This document shows positions 13,195 to 25,399 of a stretch of DNA of 64,000 bases, one piece after another. The DNA is from Raillietiella orientalis. Its lineage: Eukaryota. Position 1 is the first letter of the stretch. Every line of letters begins with the position of its first letter. The stretch spans positions 2,108,001-2,172,000 of the forward strand of contig JAYWIR010000010.1 in NCBI GenBank assembly GCA_036172245.1, read 5' to 3'. A program made the position numbers and the translations under genes. The notes below the pieces were generated by a model. That model searched no databases. It was given only the letters and a program-made list of their open reading frames with translations, and was not told where the DNA came from.

Positions 13195-14130
13195 TTACTT
13201 GAGTGGGAGTATAGGATGAGAATAAGGGCGGGGATTAGCCAAAATCACAGCTAGAACACTACAGCCATAGAGGCTAAGTCCACCAAGCATGCAACCTATC
13301 CATATTACCAGAGAAGAAGTTTTTGTTGCATAGTACACTGGATGACATTTGGAAGTGCAGTTAAATTGCTCTTTGCAAGCAATGTCACGTTCGGTTGTGA
13401 CGTTGTTAATCCATTCTTTAACAGCTGGTGTCAGCAAGAGAATTCGGTATAGTTTTCCCACCGAGCGGATGCCTTCGCAGATTCCATATAAATGTGTGGG
13501 AGTGTCAACCATCACAGGACTGCCATCCATTCTGAGAGAATGCGATCCTATAGTAGTGCTTTTCCACATGTATGCATAGTCTGCATCTTTTAATTTATCC
13601 AGTAACTCTGCATGAGAGAAGGATTCGAAGTATCCTTGCGACAACAGCAATAAGGCAGCCAGGCTGTCATTGACTATGTTGAATTTGTGCATTTCGGCCA
13701 CAATCCGAGCCCCCATCCTGTAAGAGACCACTGGATGAATGGCGTTTTTATCAATGGACTCCTCATTTAAGCAGGGTAGTGCTCTTGTTTTGGTGGTTTT
13801 CATTTTGAGTAGCACCAGTTTCGAGTCGGTATTTCGGTGGTAACTGCATGTTTGGGTAACTGTGTAACTTTCCAAAGCGTCATTAACAGGGAGGTATGCA
13901 TCAATGTGGAAAATGTCTTCATCAGCGAAGCAAGCCTCGCCCGCAGCCAGGACCCAGTTTTGGTGGACGGCCGCGCACCCACACATGCTGATTGATTCCC
14001 GTCGGTACACGAGAATGAAGCCCACCCACTCGTTATCGGTCACGTTGGTTGCACCACATGGAACTTGCAGTCGACAGTCGCATGCTTTCTGCCCCCATAG
14101 TAGGATGAAGCAGCAGAAGACGAACTGCAT
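13195..14130 (-). CDS. Intronless trypsin-like serine protease homolog, probably inactive, with signal peptide and C-terminal transmembrane helix (311 aa)
   Basis: Hydrophobic N-terminus; CGCAAVHQNWVLAAGEAC (CGGxLIxxxWVLTAAHC-like), SKLVLLKM (DIALLKL-like), RMDGSPVMV (GDSGGP-like), LYGI and EWINNV; hydrophobic stretch LVIWIGCMLGGLSLYGCSVLAVILA near the C-terminus. Confidence 0.85.
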   Translation of the reverse strand: MQFVFCCFILLWGQKACDCRLQVPCGATNVTDNEWVGFILVYRRESISMCGCAAVHQNWVLAAGEACFADEDIFHIDAYLPVNDALESYTVTQTCSYHRNTDSKLVLLKMKTTKTRALPCLNEESIDKNAIHPVVSYRMGARIVAEMHKFNIVNDSLAALLLLSQGYFESFSHAELLDKLKDADYAYMWKSTTIGSHSLRMDGSPVMVDTPTHLYGICEGIRSVGKLYRILLLTPAVKEWINNVTTERDIACKEQFNCTSKCHPVYYATKTSSLVIWIGCMLGGLSLYGCSVLAVILANPRPYSHPILPLK

Positions 14131-16329
14131 CGTGTTCGAGGCGAGGCAATCTCGTATTTACAACCCGAGTGACCTGAAGCGAGAATTCAGCCGAATGTGA
14201 CCTAACAATGTGACTCCATTGTTTTGCAAGTCACGTGAAAGAAACGCATATCGCGACTCCGGGGGAATCGTGCATGCTCTGGTGGTCCGTGGGATTATTG
14301 CTCCTGGCTCGTCGCAGTCTCCAGTCCGATCTCCAGACTGCACAGAAGTCGATGAGGCCGAAGTTCCGCTTTCCTTCCCTTGTGCGATGGACGTTCACGC
14401 GTGCTGGCGTTTATTTGCCTGACCCACCAAAATCCTGCCACGTCAACAAGGATTCATCAGGACTCGGCCGTGTTGCCTCCGCCTGCACATCTTTTGCCTG
14501 CGTGATCCGTTCCTGAAAGCACTCGGAATCCAGTTTTTCTAGTTTCTATCGAGGTGCCCGGTAGCACTTATTCCCATAGCAGGTGGGATCGAGCCGTGCA
14601 CAACAAGGCCACTGCAGTGCAGGAGCTTCTTTGACAGCGAGTCTTCTGCTGCGGGTGACCTCCGAGGGCGACGACGAACCGCAAGCCGCCCGTGCTGTCT
14701 CGAAATGTGGGGAGGAAAGCGATCGATGCCCCGACGTGGAAAGACTCCATAGTGTTTCGAGCACTTATGTGGTGGTTGGAACATCCCACTTATTATGGGA
14801 AGCAAAACTGCGAAAAAAATTCGAATCGACTGGTGAATTCATATGGTTAGGAGCACCGCTTGCAGCTTCTGCTTCCGTTTTCCTTTCACCTGGAGATCTC
14901 ACCAAAAAGGAAACTTCATCGTTTACCACACCCACACTGGACACTTCCGTGTGGGTTCTGGCATTTCCGCGTTCGTGATTTCAAGTTCCCAGGACGCCTC
15001 CTTGTCTAAAGAAAATTAACACGAATTGTTTTGAACCGCCTATGTAAAGTACGCATTTACGATTTCTGATTTGGACTTATGGTACATCCTTTATCCTTTG
15101 CAAATTCCCGATCGAAGTAGGTGAGTGCACCTTGAAAATAATGAGACCATCAAGGATACGTTTAATGTTTTGACGAATGAATGTGTACAGAAAGAAGACA
15201 CACGGTGATCAGGGCGAAAGTAGACCAACACAAAGGGCGACCACGTGAGGGTCGATTACGAAGAAATGGAGGGCTCGAGATAAGAACGGAATCCTCAATG
15301 TTCATTACTTGATGGAAAATTCGCGCCCCTTTCAGGGAATCTGACACGCGTGGAAATCTCCAATGTTTTGTTTTTAAAATGAGAGATCAGGAATGACACA
15401 GTACCTTCTATCGGGAGAGTCCAGGCTACATTTGATAGATATCGGATTGGGCGGTTTGAGTTCAGGAATGGTCACAGGAGTGGAAATTAAAATAAATCAT
15501 GTTCCACCAAATACACTGGGTGCAAATCAAAGTTCTGTTTGAAGCTTTAGGGGGGGGGGGGCAAATGGAATCACAGATCAAGAAAAAGCATTACCTCAAG
15601 CATCTGGTAAGGTATGAGCTCGCCATATAAAATAAATCCTTAAAAATCGAAATTATTATAATCAAGTTCGTTTTTTTTTTTTTTTTTTTTTTCAATTCCT
15701 GTGGACATTAAGATGTTGCGCCAATTCTTGGTATCTCATGATTTCCCTGGGCTGAAATGCTTTCGAAAGTCTCAAATAATTGAAGCAAAGACGTGCATTG
15801 TACACATCCGATAACGATGGCCAACGCCAAGAATAAAAGAGGACGAGAGGTTTGAAGGAAACGTTCGGAATGCTTAGAAAATCATACCATGGGATCAGAT
15901 GTTAGCGTGGTAGAGTTCACTGTACACAAAATAACACATCTAAGACCACTTGGGCTGCTCGTCTGCTCGATTAACGTTCGGATTAACACGGAATTCCTTG
16001 GACGTGTTCTTACTTTCCCAATCTCTGCTTTCACTTCTGAATTTTTTTGCCTACCCTGGGAAGGATGCAATGTGTTCCCAAATAAATCAGTACCGTGCTT
16101 AACTACGCTTACAACGGGGACTCAGAGAGACACACACACGCACTTTTATTTTGCCATCACAAACATCGTAACTTCCCCACGTTATTGCAGTTATCACGCT
16201 GCTTGCCTCACGTAGTAAAAAGGGTTTCTTAATGAAACGCTCCGATTCCTCAATCGTAACTTGCGTTCCCCCCAAACCCCCCCCACCCCCTCCCGTTGCT
16301 ATCTGACAAATGATGACAACAGCGATGCT

Positions 16330-17300
16330 ATTCAAAAGTAATGCAACTGGATGCAAACTTGTCATTCAGGCTGGAGCAACTCGGTTGCGCGTGCCGTCCG
16401 CAAGAAGTGCTCCCGGGAGCACCGCTGGGATCTGCAGCGACTTGGAGGTCATCAGACTCACTTGCAGATTCTTGCACTGCGTCGCTGTCAAAAGTACACC
16501 CGCGCGAGAGCGCAACTGCAATTCCCGGTTCCAACGAGCGGTACCAGACTTCCTTGGGGATGGTATGTCTCTTGTGGAGAAGCGGAAGCTCCAGCCACAG
16601 AGTTGCACAAATGCACGAGGAAATTAGCGTCAGAAACGTAAGCATAGCGATTTCTTGTAGCTAGCGAGAGACTTCTCTTTATTTAAACAAGGGGGGGGGG
16701 GGCTGTTTGCGGCAGATGGTGCATGCTGGAAATTCATTGCTTTGGGCTGTTCCTTTCGCAGACTTATGGACGAAAGGAGCGGACTTTTGCCGCAGTTCTT
16801 TTTGTTTGCTGCAAGCAGGGAATGCATAATCCGATCAATCTTCGGTGGTCGATCGTGCGCGTGCGCGTATTCAAATCGAAGCAATCGATTTGGCATACCG
16901 CCGATAAAGCTGCTTGCTGTCTACTCGACTTTGCCCTGCCTTAAGATTAATATCAGCGAAGATCTATATCTGAACACTGGCAAACCGGCCCTGCTCCAGC
17001 TTTCCTTTCGATGTCTTCCTTGCAGCTTTAACAAAAATGAAGCCAGCTGCCACGTATAAAAAAATATTCCTGGTGGCCACGGAAGCTGCCACCAACGTAT
17101 TTACCGAGTCGCACCTTGGAGTTTATCTTTGTGAGTGCACGTCGCTCCCATTGCACGTTACGAATGTGGACGCCAAAAGCGTTGCTGCTGTCGTGTGCAC
17201 CCCCACAGTAGAAGATCGGAACGCTTCCATGAGCTCCAGAATGGCCATCCAACCTTTGCGAGCTTCTTCGGACTGAAGCCGGATCATGGCAGTATTTCCC
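16330..17300 (-). mobile_element. Degenerate Gypsy pol remnant (RNase H - integrase N-terminus)
   Basis: Minus frames give RTIDHRRLIGL (TDHxPL-like, ~16830-16860) followed by KRHTIPKEVWYRSL (RxVIPxxLRxxVL-like, ~16540-16575). Multiple stops. Confidence 0.45.
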
Positions 17301-18599
17301 GTTTAAAAAAATCAAGCAATGTTCAGAATATCAAGGTTTAGAGCATCCCATCCAATCTCCTCCCCCCGTCAAAAACCTTCGTTCCCGTATTTCTTGCTAC
17401 GGTCACTTGACCATGCCAGGCCGCAAAAGCACTATCCGTCTTGAATGCGTTCAAACCACAGTGTTACAGAGTATGCGGGATACGGAGGCTCTGCCAGAGG
17501 GACTTGCAGTACTCCGAGCTCAACGGTTTCTCACGAGAGAATGGGAACTTCGGAGGAAACGCTGACCTTCTATTTTTGAGATGCACTTCATCCTTTCAAG
17601 TCAGCGCCTGGAGAACTTGCAGTGCTACTCCAGATTTAGCACTAATGTTCATGAGAGGAATCGTGTCGTATGTACACTTTCGTCACTTGTGCCCCCCATC
17701 TCCTCAACTGCCGTTTCCCATGTGCGTGACCGTACTGGAAAGTCTCAAGGGTGTGTGCATCGATGCCTGATGCACCGTGAAAGACACGCTTCAGACGGAA
17801 AGGACCACGTCCGTTTCGGCCACGTTCAGTTAACATCGCGTGGCGTGCGGGCGAATGCATCCACGGACAGCCACGTTCGATTCCGGACCGAAAAATCGTG
17901 CGTTCGTGTCGTGGGAGCGAAAACGGTGGACTCTCGCCAGTTCCTCCCCATCTTTTGGGTTGGTGACTGTGCTCCCAGTTCATCCCGAGAAGGACTGTCC
18001 AAGAGTCATGGGGGAACTTCAGAGAGGAAATTTATTCTTTTAGAAAGCCAGTCCGCTTGCGTGCTCTCATCGAGAAAGCCTATTCTCCCTGGAAGCGGAA
18101 AGCAATCCGGGATTCACATGGCGCTCCTGTTTCCATAAGATGTTTTAATTCTTCGGCGAACAGGCAGAGGGAAAGGGCGAAATCAAACACAGCACGTGTC
18201 CCCGCGTACGAGTGATTCGAGCCCAGTGTCGTGGCACACAGTGGACCGTGCCCGCGGGGTTACACTGTCTGCCTATTCTGTCTGGGAACCTAGCCGAAAG
18301 CTTTTCGAGACAAACTTTCTTGGAGATGGAGTTTTACTCTCGGATCACACCTCTGGATGTTCCTGGGAACGAAGCGAGGCTCTGTCTTCGAGTGCCGACG
18401 CTCCGATCTGCAAACCTGCAAGGCATCGCAAGTGCCATCCCCAAATGCTAGCGGGGCGAAGGCCAGCTTTCTCAGCGAAGGTCTTATTCCGTGTCTGGCT
18501 GGGCACGAGGATGCCATCTTTTGCATTTTCGTTCTGCTCGCAAAGGTCTCTTTCGAGAACTGGGATCCCCTTTTCCGTCCACTGAGCTCGTGAAGATGT

Positions 18600-19260
18600 G
18601 CGCACCCATGGAGATGTAATTCAAATACTGCTGACCGCACTTTCGGTTCCTCCCTGGAGAAATTGGCTCGAGGGGTACGGAGCAGCTGGACAGCTCGAAA
18701 AGTCGGGCACGAACCTCGTCTCCGACGTCGTAAACTCGTTCAGCGGCTTCCCAGCTGAGTAGGTGATTGGCGCTTTCTAGTTCAGAGTCCATCTTTGGGA
18801 CACCACGCAAAACACTGCGCCTGATCGGCTGTCCCTTCATCACTGTTCGCAACGCTGCTCGCCACCGGCCATCTCATTAGACACAGCGGTCGATTCCTCC
18901 ACACGGGTGTGGATGCCCATGCCTCTCTGTCTTGCAGCTACCTCTACATACCTTTCACTGAACCAATCTGCGATCTTGCTGTGGGTCAGGCGCATCCCCC
19001 AAGTGGACCACTTTTATACGCAGCTGTTACAGTCTAGCTTTCCACGTATGTAAGGATAATAAGTACGTCACACAGGCATGCATATCACACAGTACCATGA
19101 TTTCTAATCTTCATGGCAATGTGTGATGGAACAAAGATGATTTCCGTGTCACGCCCACATAGGAGACACTTGCCACAAGGTTCGCCGTCCACCTCCATTT
19201 ACCTGTAGGGAATCTGCATGCCTGCAGACAGCCTAAGCTGAGCTGCAGCGGAATGCAATC
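18600..19260 (-). mobile_element. Degenerate Gypsy integrase remnant
   Basis: RIKVVHLGDAPDPQQ (GIxHxxxxPYHPQ-like), VMKGQPIR and RVYDVGDEVRAR..PGR (integrase C-terminal GPY/F region) in ORF 18484-18852 and upstream frames. Confidence 0.45.
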
Positions 19261-19720
19261 CACTCATCAATGCTTATTACATACCGGTTGCAGTATGTAC
19301 TTGCGTGATGTGCGTAATTCATGTGCGTGCTCACCTTGCACGTATCCTACAGCTACCGTGCAGTGGTCCCTCGTCAATTGCGGATTCGTACAGCGCAGCG
19401 AAAAGACTGCGGCAGTCCGTACAGCTCAGCGGTATAGTGGCAGTTCAGCTACTCCGCGAAAGAACGCGTGCGGTCTAAGTGGACCGGATTCAAGAAACAC
19501 AACTTAAAAAGATGAATGAGCGCGTTCGATTTTTTCGTTTTCAAGCGAAACGGTGAGGATCCAGCGCCTCGAGGTATCATTGTGAAAGCTATTGCATTGT
19601 GACCCACATGGGCTCGAATAAACGCGGAAGGTGTCCGCCTGCGTTATACGTGAACCTACCGCACTTCCGCGTCGTGTCCGTACACGCACGCGCGCGTACG
19701 TACACGCGCATACGCCTGTA

Positions 19721-20600
19721 CAGGTAGTCCTCGACTTACGACGGTTCGCACTTACGGCGGCCAATTCCCTAGCCCAACCAGAGTGTCCAGAACATTGGAA
19801 CTTCATGGAAGGAAGTATAGGAACAATCGTAGCGGTGCGAGGAATTCGGTGGATGCCACAGCAGGCCACGAAGAGGACAGTGGAAGAAACCGATGAGGAG
19901 GTTGTGGAAACTGCAAGAGGGAGATGGATCTGGAAATCAATGTTACCGACACAGGAGAACGAGCAGAGCACGAAGGTGAACTTACTGATGAAGACTCAAT
20001 CCGTTTCCAGAACGGAAGAGTTGAAGAAAGGAAGGACGAGGAAGGTGAAAAGGAAATGGTTGGAAAAAAATTTTACCGTGAGGGGGTTGGCCGAAGCATC
20101 TTTTAAAAGAAATCAAGGACTCCAGCTACTCGAGAATGCGGATCAAGAGGCACTGATGGCTTCGCCAAAGTCGAAAAGGAAATTCGGGAAGCAATTAAAG
20201 GGAAAAAGAAAGCAACAACAACAGCTGATTTTCAAAGAACTACCCCCCGATTGCGAAAAATAACCGTGTCGTTTGATTAACATTTGATTAAACACCGTTG
20301 GTAAGCGTTTTGTTTATGTTTTGCACCATTTTTTATATGTGTGTATGTGGCTTTTTCTTACATTTTTCTTTCTTAATTTTATACATATTTACATATGCAC
20401 TTGAAAGTAATTTATGAGTATTTATCCAAGTTGATAGATTTTTCAACCATTTTAAGTTAATTAAAATCCAGTCGTGAAAATGCAATACTGGAAATCAAAC
20501 GAATCGAGAAGGAAAAAAAAAGTCCCCGACTTATGTCAGAACCGACTTACGACGGAGACGCTGGAACGATGGAACCCCTTCGTAAGTCGAGGACCACCTG
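19721..20600 (+). mobile_element. Tigger/pogo-family DNA transposon, internal deletion derivative (880 bp)
   Basis: TIRs CAGGTAGTCCTCGACTTACGA (19721) and TCGTAAGTCGAGGACCACCTG (ends 20600), with TA on both sides. Internal Tigger-type transposase C-terminus remnants: EVVETAR, MDLEIN..ELTDED, FTVRGLAEA, GLQLLENAD, FAKVEKEIREAI. Confidence 0.9.
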
Positions 20601-21526
20601 TATGCTTCCTCGGTGTCCCCGTCGCGCGTGGTGCGCGCCGCATGCCATGACGTGTGTTCATGGGTGCTCGTTTCACGAGTGGGAGGGGAGGGGAGAGGGG
20701 CGGGGAAAGGGGGTGAGAGAGAGAGAAAGAAAAACCCACATGTGTGTGTGTTCTCCAGCGTGCAGCGCATCTCCGCGGACGACTCGCGGTTCCCCGTGTG
20801 GAGACTTTTCGGAACGCGTTCCTCACGTTTTTCATCCCGACACGGATGGTTGCTACTGCTCCGCAACGCTCTTTCGGTCCGAGATCGCTCCTGTACTCTT
20901 CCCGAAACCGCTGCCTCCTCTGGATCTTCCTTCGATCCTTTCGTCTCCCTCCCCGGTCCCTCTTCCTCTCTCCCTGGAGACGCGGGTCAGAGGGGATCTG
21001 GACGTCTTCGCGAGTTCCAGCGTTCCGTATCTCGTCTTCCTCCCTCCCGACTGCGCGCTCAGAGTCCTTCCGGAAGAGGAGTCTGTCCGCGGGGGAGCAC
21101 CCCGCGGACGCTTGGCGACAGCTGGAGCCTTCCAAGCCTTCTTCTTCCAGGACTTTTGGATCGAGTGAGAGCGGTGGCCCAGCTGAATTCTCTGCGCTCT
21201 CCACCCACGTCCTTCGTGTCTGCCGGCGCGAAGGTCCCGGCTTCTTCCTCTGCGAGGATTACGCTGCGGGACGGGCATTCCCAGGACATGCAGCAGCGTC
21301 CTGTCGCTCCAAAATTCTCCTGAAACCAAGGTGCGAGGGCGACCGGCCGGAAGCCCCTCATCTCTGGGATGTGCTTCCTCTGCAGCACCGGCGCTTTTCC
21401 CGAAGCGAGGGAAACCCTGGACGAGGCCGCTTGCTCATTGGGCCGCTCCAGACCGGGACCTGTCCGGGGATTTCCAGGAGGGCTCGGTAGTTTCCCCGCC
21501 GTCCGGCAGGGGGAGCAACGGGCGCC

Positions 21527-22727
21527 ATGACGACGGACAAGGAAAACTCCCGCAGCGACACCGCGTCGATCCTGGCGGAGGACCCGGAGAAATCGACGGA
21601 GGAGCTGCTGGCCGAGACAGAAGAGCTGCAGAAGAGGCTCGAGGAGGAGCGCCAGAAGCTCCTGGATTCGTCCTGTAAGTTGGGTGCGTCTCCCTCCCCT
21701 CAATCCCCGTTCTCCCCGGAAGTGATCATCGCCGCCCAGAGGCTGGAGCCTCTCTGCCAGCTCAACATAAAGTCCCGCCGCGTGCTGAAGGGCCACCAGG
21801 GGAAGGTCCTGTGCCTGGACTGGAGCGCTGACCGGCGTCACTTGGCGTCCTCCGCGCAGGACGGGCGCCTGCTCGTCTGGGACGCGTTCACGACGAACAA
21901 GGAGCACGCGATCTGCACGCTGGGCGCCTGGCTGGTGGCGTGCGCGTTCGCCCCATCGGCGACGGCCGTGGCGTACGGGGGGTTGGACGGCCGCGTCACC
22001 GTCTCCTCCCTGGTCGTCGACGGCGGCAGCAGGAGGACCATCAGTGCCCACTCCGGGTTCACGTCCTGCTGCGCCTTCCGCAGCTCCGACCAGCAGGTGC
22101 TGACGGCCGGGGGAGACGGGACCTGCGCCCTGTGGGACGTTGAGTCCGGGCAGCTCCTCCAGAGATTCGTCGGGCACGCGGGCTCGGTCTTCGCCATGGA
22201 CGTGTGCCCCCAGGAGCCGGGGAGCACCCTGGTGTCCTCCGGACGGGACCGGAAGCTCTTGGTCTGGGACATGCGCACCGGCAAGCGGGTGCAGGCGTTC
22301 CCGGGACACCAGGCGGACGTCAACACGGTTCGGTTCCACCCTAGCGGGGACGCCGTCGCCTCCGGGTCGGACGACGCCATGGTAGGAGCCAGCGGCCCTC
22401 CCGGAGGGGCTACCGACCGACCTTCTTCCCCCTCACCCCTTTCTCCCCTAGTGCCGGCTCTTCGATCTGCGCGCCGACCAGCAGGTGGCGCTCTTCTCCA
22501 AGGAGAGCATCCTCTTCGGGGTGAATGGGCTGGACTTCTCCCTCAGCGGGCGCATCCTTTTCGCCGGGTACGGGGACAGCTGCGTCAACGTCTGGGACTG
22601 CCTGCGGGTCGCTCGCCTGCTGACGCTGTACGGTCATGAGAACCGCATCTCCTGCCTGCGCACCTCTCCCGACGGCACCGCCATCGCCACCAGCAGCTGG
22701 GACACCACCATCCGCGTCTGGGCCTGA
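21527..22727 (+). CDS. GNB5: G-protein beta subunit 5 (GPB-2/GNB5 type). Exons 21527-21674, 21723-22381, 22452-22727; 360 aa
   Basis: N-terminal coiled coil LEEERQKL, then WD40 repeats: [102 protein letters not shown]. Introns gtaagt..gaag (21675-21722) and gtagga..cctag (22382-22451) give a 1083-nt frame. Confidence 0.96.
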
Positions 22728-25399
22728 GGGCGACCCGCCCGCTCTCCCCCACCGGTTTACTGTCGCAAAGACCACTGCTTGCGCGGACGAACGGAGGACA
22801 CTCATTGGCTGACTTTCTGCTTGTCTGCCAGGGGATGGGTGGGGGTGATCGGGGAGGGGAAGCGACGTGCACCGTGGACTGGGACTCCCTTCCCCCTTTT
22901 CTCTCTTTCTCTCTCGCGGGTGGGCGCGGGCGTCTACGGCTGAGGAGGAGAAAACCCAGGGAAAGGAAGGAGTGTCGGTAACTTGGCAACGATGCAGAGA
23001 TGACGGCGACGAGGATCCATGGCCCTTGGGCTGGAGCGCTCCAAAAAACGGCCATTCCGAGAAGAAGGAGACGCAGCAGCAGCCGGATGGGCTCGGGAGG
23101 CGTCCATCGCCCTCCGGCGCCGGGAGGGCGCCAATCTGTCTGGCAGGGCTGCCGCGTCCGCCTGGTAGAAATCTGCCGTCGTCGTCCCTTCCGGAGGCGG
23201 AGGGACGGCTGCCCGCACGCATTCTCGGGGTGGCCGGAGCCCCGTCTCGGAGGGAAAGAGCGATGTCCCAGAGCGCGACCCGAGGGCATCTCACTTCGTG
23301 GATGATCGCGGAGGTTCTGGGGCCATGTTCTCCCGTCTGTGGGCCCTCGTGCAGCCTGCTCCGATGACTCGCAGGGCATAGGGGCAGGTCTGCCGCGGTC
23401 ACTCCCTCAGGGTCGATAGCTTCGGTAGACTCCTTCCCCCTTCCCCTCCTGTCTCCACGGAGACCCAGCCCCTTCGCCGTGTGCTGGCTTTTTCCTGCAG
23501 CAACCCCGCTGCCGGAGAGCGCAGATCGCAGTATCCCGGGGGGTAGGAAGGGGTAGGGTGCGAGTCCCGACCTCCTGATGGGGCCGAAGATGCGGAGACA
23601 TACCCTAGGGGAAAATTGTCCTCTGGGGATGCTTCTGCTGCTTTCGCAAACCAAACAGGAAGCTGTATTTTCGCAGGCTGGAAAGTGCAGACGCGGTGAC
23701 GAGGGACGGTGATGTCATCGGGGAAAGCTACTCCTCAGCAGAAGGGGTGTGTGCCGGGAGCCCCGGGAAGAGAACCTCCCGGGGTACCATGGGAAACAGA
23801 GAGCCTTGTCTCGTGGCTGGGAAGCGGAGAGGCTGGCCGCCTTTCCAAGGTTGCCCCGGGGCGAAAACCCCGAGGGGTTTTCCCCCCGGGGGAGGGGCGC
23901 GGACAGCCAGCCCGGGCGCGGACCGGACCGGAGCGAGGGATTCCGTCCTTGCCCAAGAGGTGGAGCTCGCGCAACTCTAAGGTCACCTAGCGTGTGCGGG
24001 GATACTCCGAGGGACAGGGAATCTGCGGGGGTGCTCCTCCCCCCTTCCCCTTACTCGCCTGCCCGAAGGGGGCTTTGATCTCTGAGTCCAAGGAAGGTGG
24101 GAGCTGGAACGAGCTAACTCCTCTCCGCGTGGATCCCCCCCCCCGTTCCCATGGTGCCCGGTTGTGCCCGCTCCGGGTTCCAGGCAGTTCTTTTGTTCCC
24201 GCTCCAACATCCTGCTTCTTCCTCAACCCGGGACATTCCTGGAGGAAAATACCGCAACTCCCGCGCGAGGGGGGAAAAGAAAACGGCGGGGCGTCCCTGC
24301 GAGTGCCTTTTTTTTGGTTTGGAGGGGAGGCGCCTCAGAGGGACCAACATGGCAGCTTCCACTGACCGCGACCTTGCCTTCCTGAAGTTCCTGAGCTCCA
24401 TGCCCTTCGAATCTGCTCTTCGTCTCCTGAGAACAGACACGCGCGTCTATTGCAATTCTTCTCTCCGAGGAGGAAGAGGGACCAGCTCCAAGCATCCATC
24501 GAGCTGCATCGTCCCTGTTGCTCGCCTCCAGACCTCTTCCTTCCCGGCCGCCGACTGCTCGAAGGACTCGCTGCTGCCCAGTCTGCAGCCAGCTTCTCCT
24601 CTGGGAAGCCGGATACATGCGCCCGGTTCCCCATAGAGATGGACCTGCCCCGAGGTCCTCAACCTTTCGGTCTGCAACCTGGACTGAGACACTCCATGAC
24701 CCACTGGGGACTGAGGTCGCATGGTGCGGCTCGCGATCTGCTGTTGCAGTTCCCGCTGAAACTCTCGAAACGGGAAGGAAAGGGAAGCCGAAGTCAGGAA
24801 AAAAGCCTTCCACCTGTTTGTCGCTTCCTGCATCCCTCAGGAACAGGGGTAGGCTGGAGAACCGGCGTCGGCGCTCCCGGCCGCTCGACGGTTCTCGACG
24901 AGTTCTTCTGATCCCCAGCAGAGTGCGCGCGAGGAAGTTTCTCTCTCTTCCGCTCAAAAGCCTCTAGCGCCGGTCGCTCCAAGGAGTCAGGGTTACGAGG
25001 GAACCCCGGGGGAGCGGAGAGGAGCCTCCCTCCCTCTGCTTTCCCCCAAGGAAGGAAATGTCTGAAGTGGACGGGAAAACCCGCTGCCAGGATGAGCGGT
25101 GCTCAGTTTACCCGCGAGATGACGCTGGCTGGAAGGCACGCTTGGCATAGCCGTGTGGCCAAACCTCGTGGACCAGATAACGTCTGCACCGGGAAATCGC
25201 AGAGTAAGAACCCTTCCGTTAGCTGCTGCTGCTGCAGCCATGGGAGCACGGAAAGGGTGCTGAATCCTCTCTCTAGGGAACCGGGATTTCCTTGGATTCA
25301 CAGCGAGCCAGAGGGCGCATTTCCTAGGCGAGGGAGGGCTTCTGTTGGACGGACGAGTCCACTGCCGTGACTCGAACTCTGGGCCTCCTCTCAGCACCG

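Noticed and set aside
15549..15692. Poly-G and poly-T runs (similar runs at 16691, 43933, 44198)
   Set aside because: Simple homopolymers with no supporting structure such as TSDs.
21059..22339. 426-aa antisense ORF
   Set aside because: Shadow of the high-GC3 GNB5 coding strand.
22382..22639. C-terminus of the 370-aa ORF as given in the track
   Set aside because: Read-through of the 70-nt intron; the true frame resumes at 22452.
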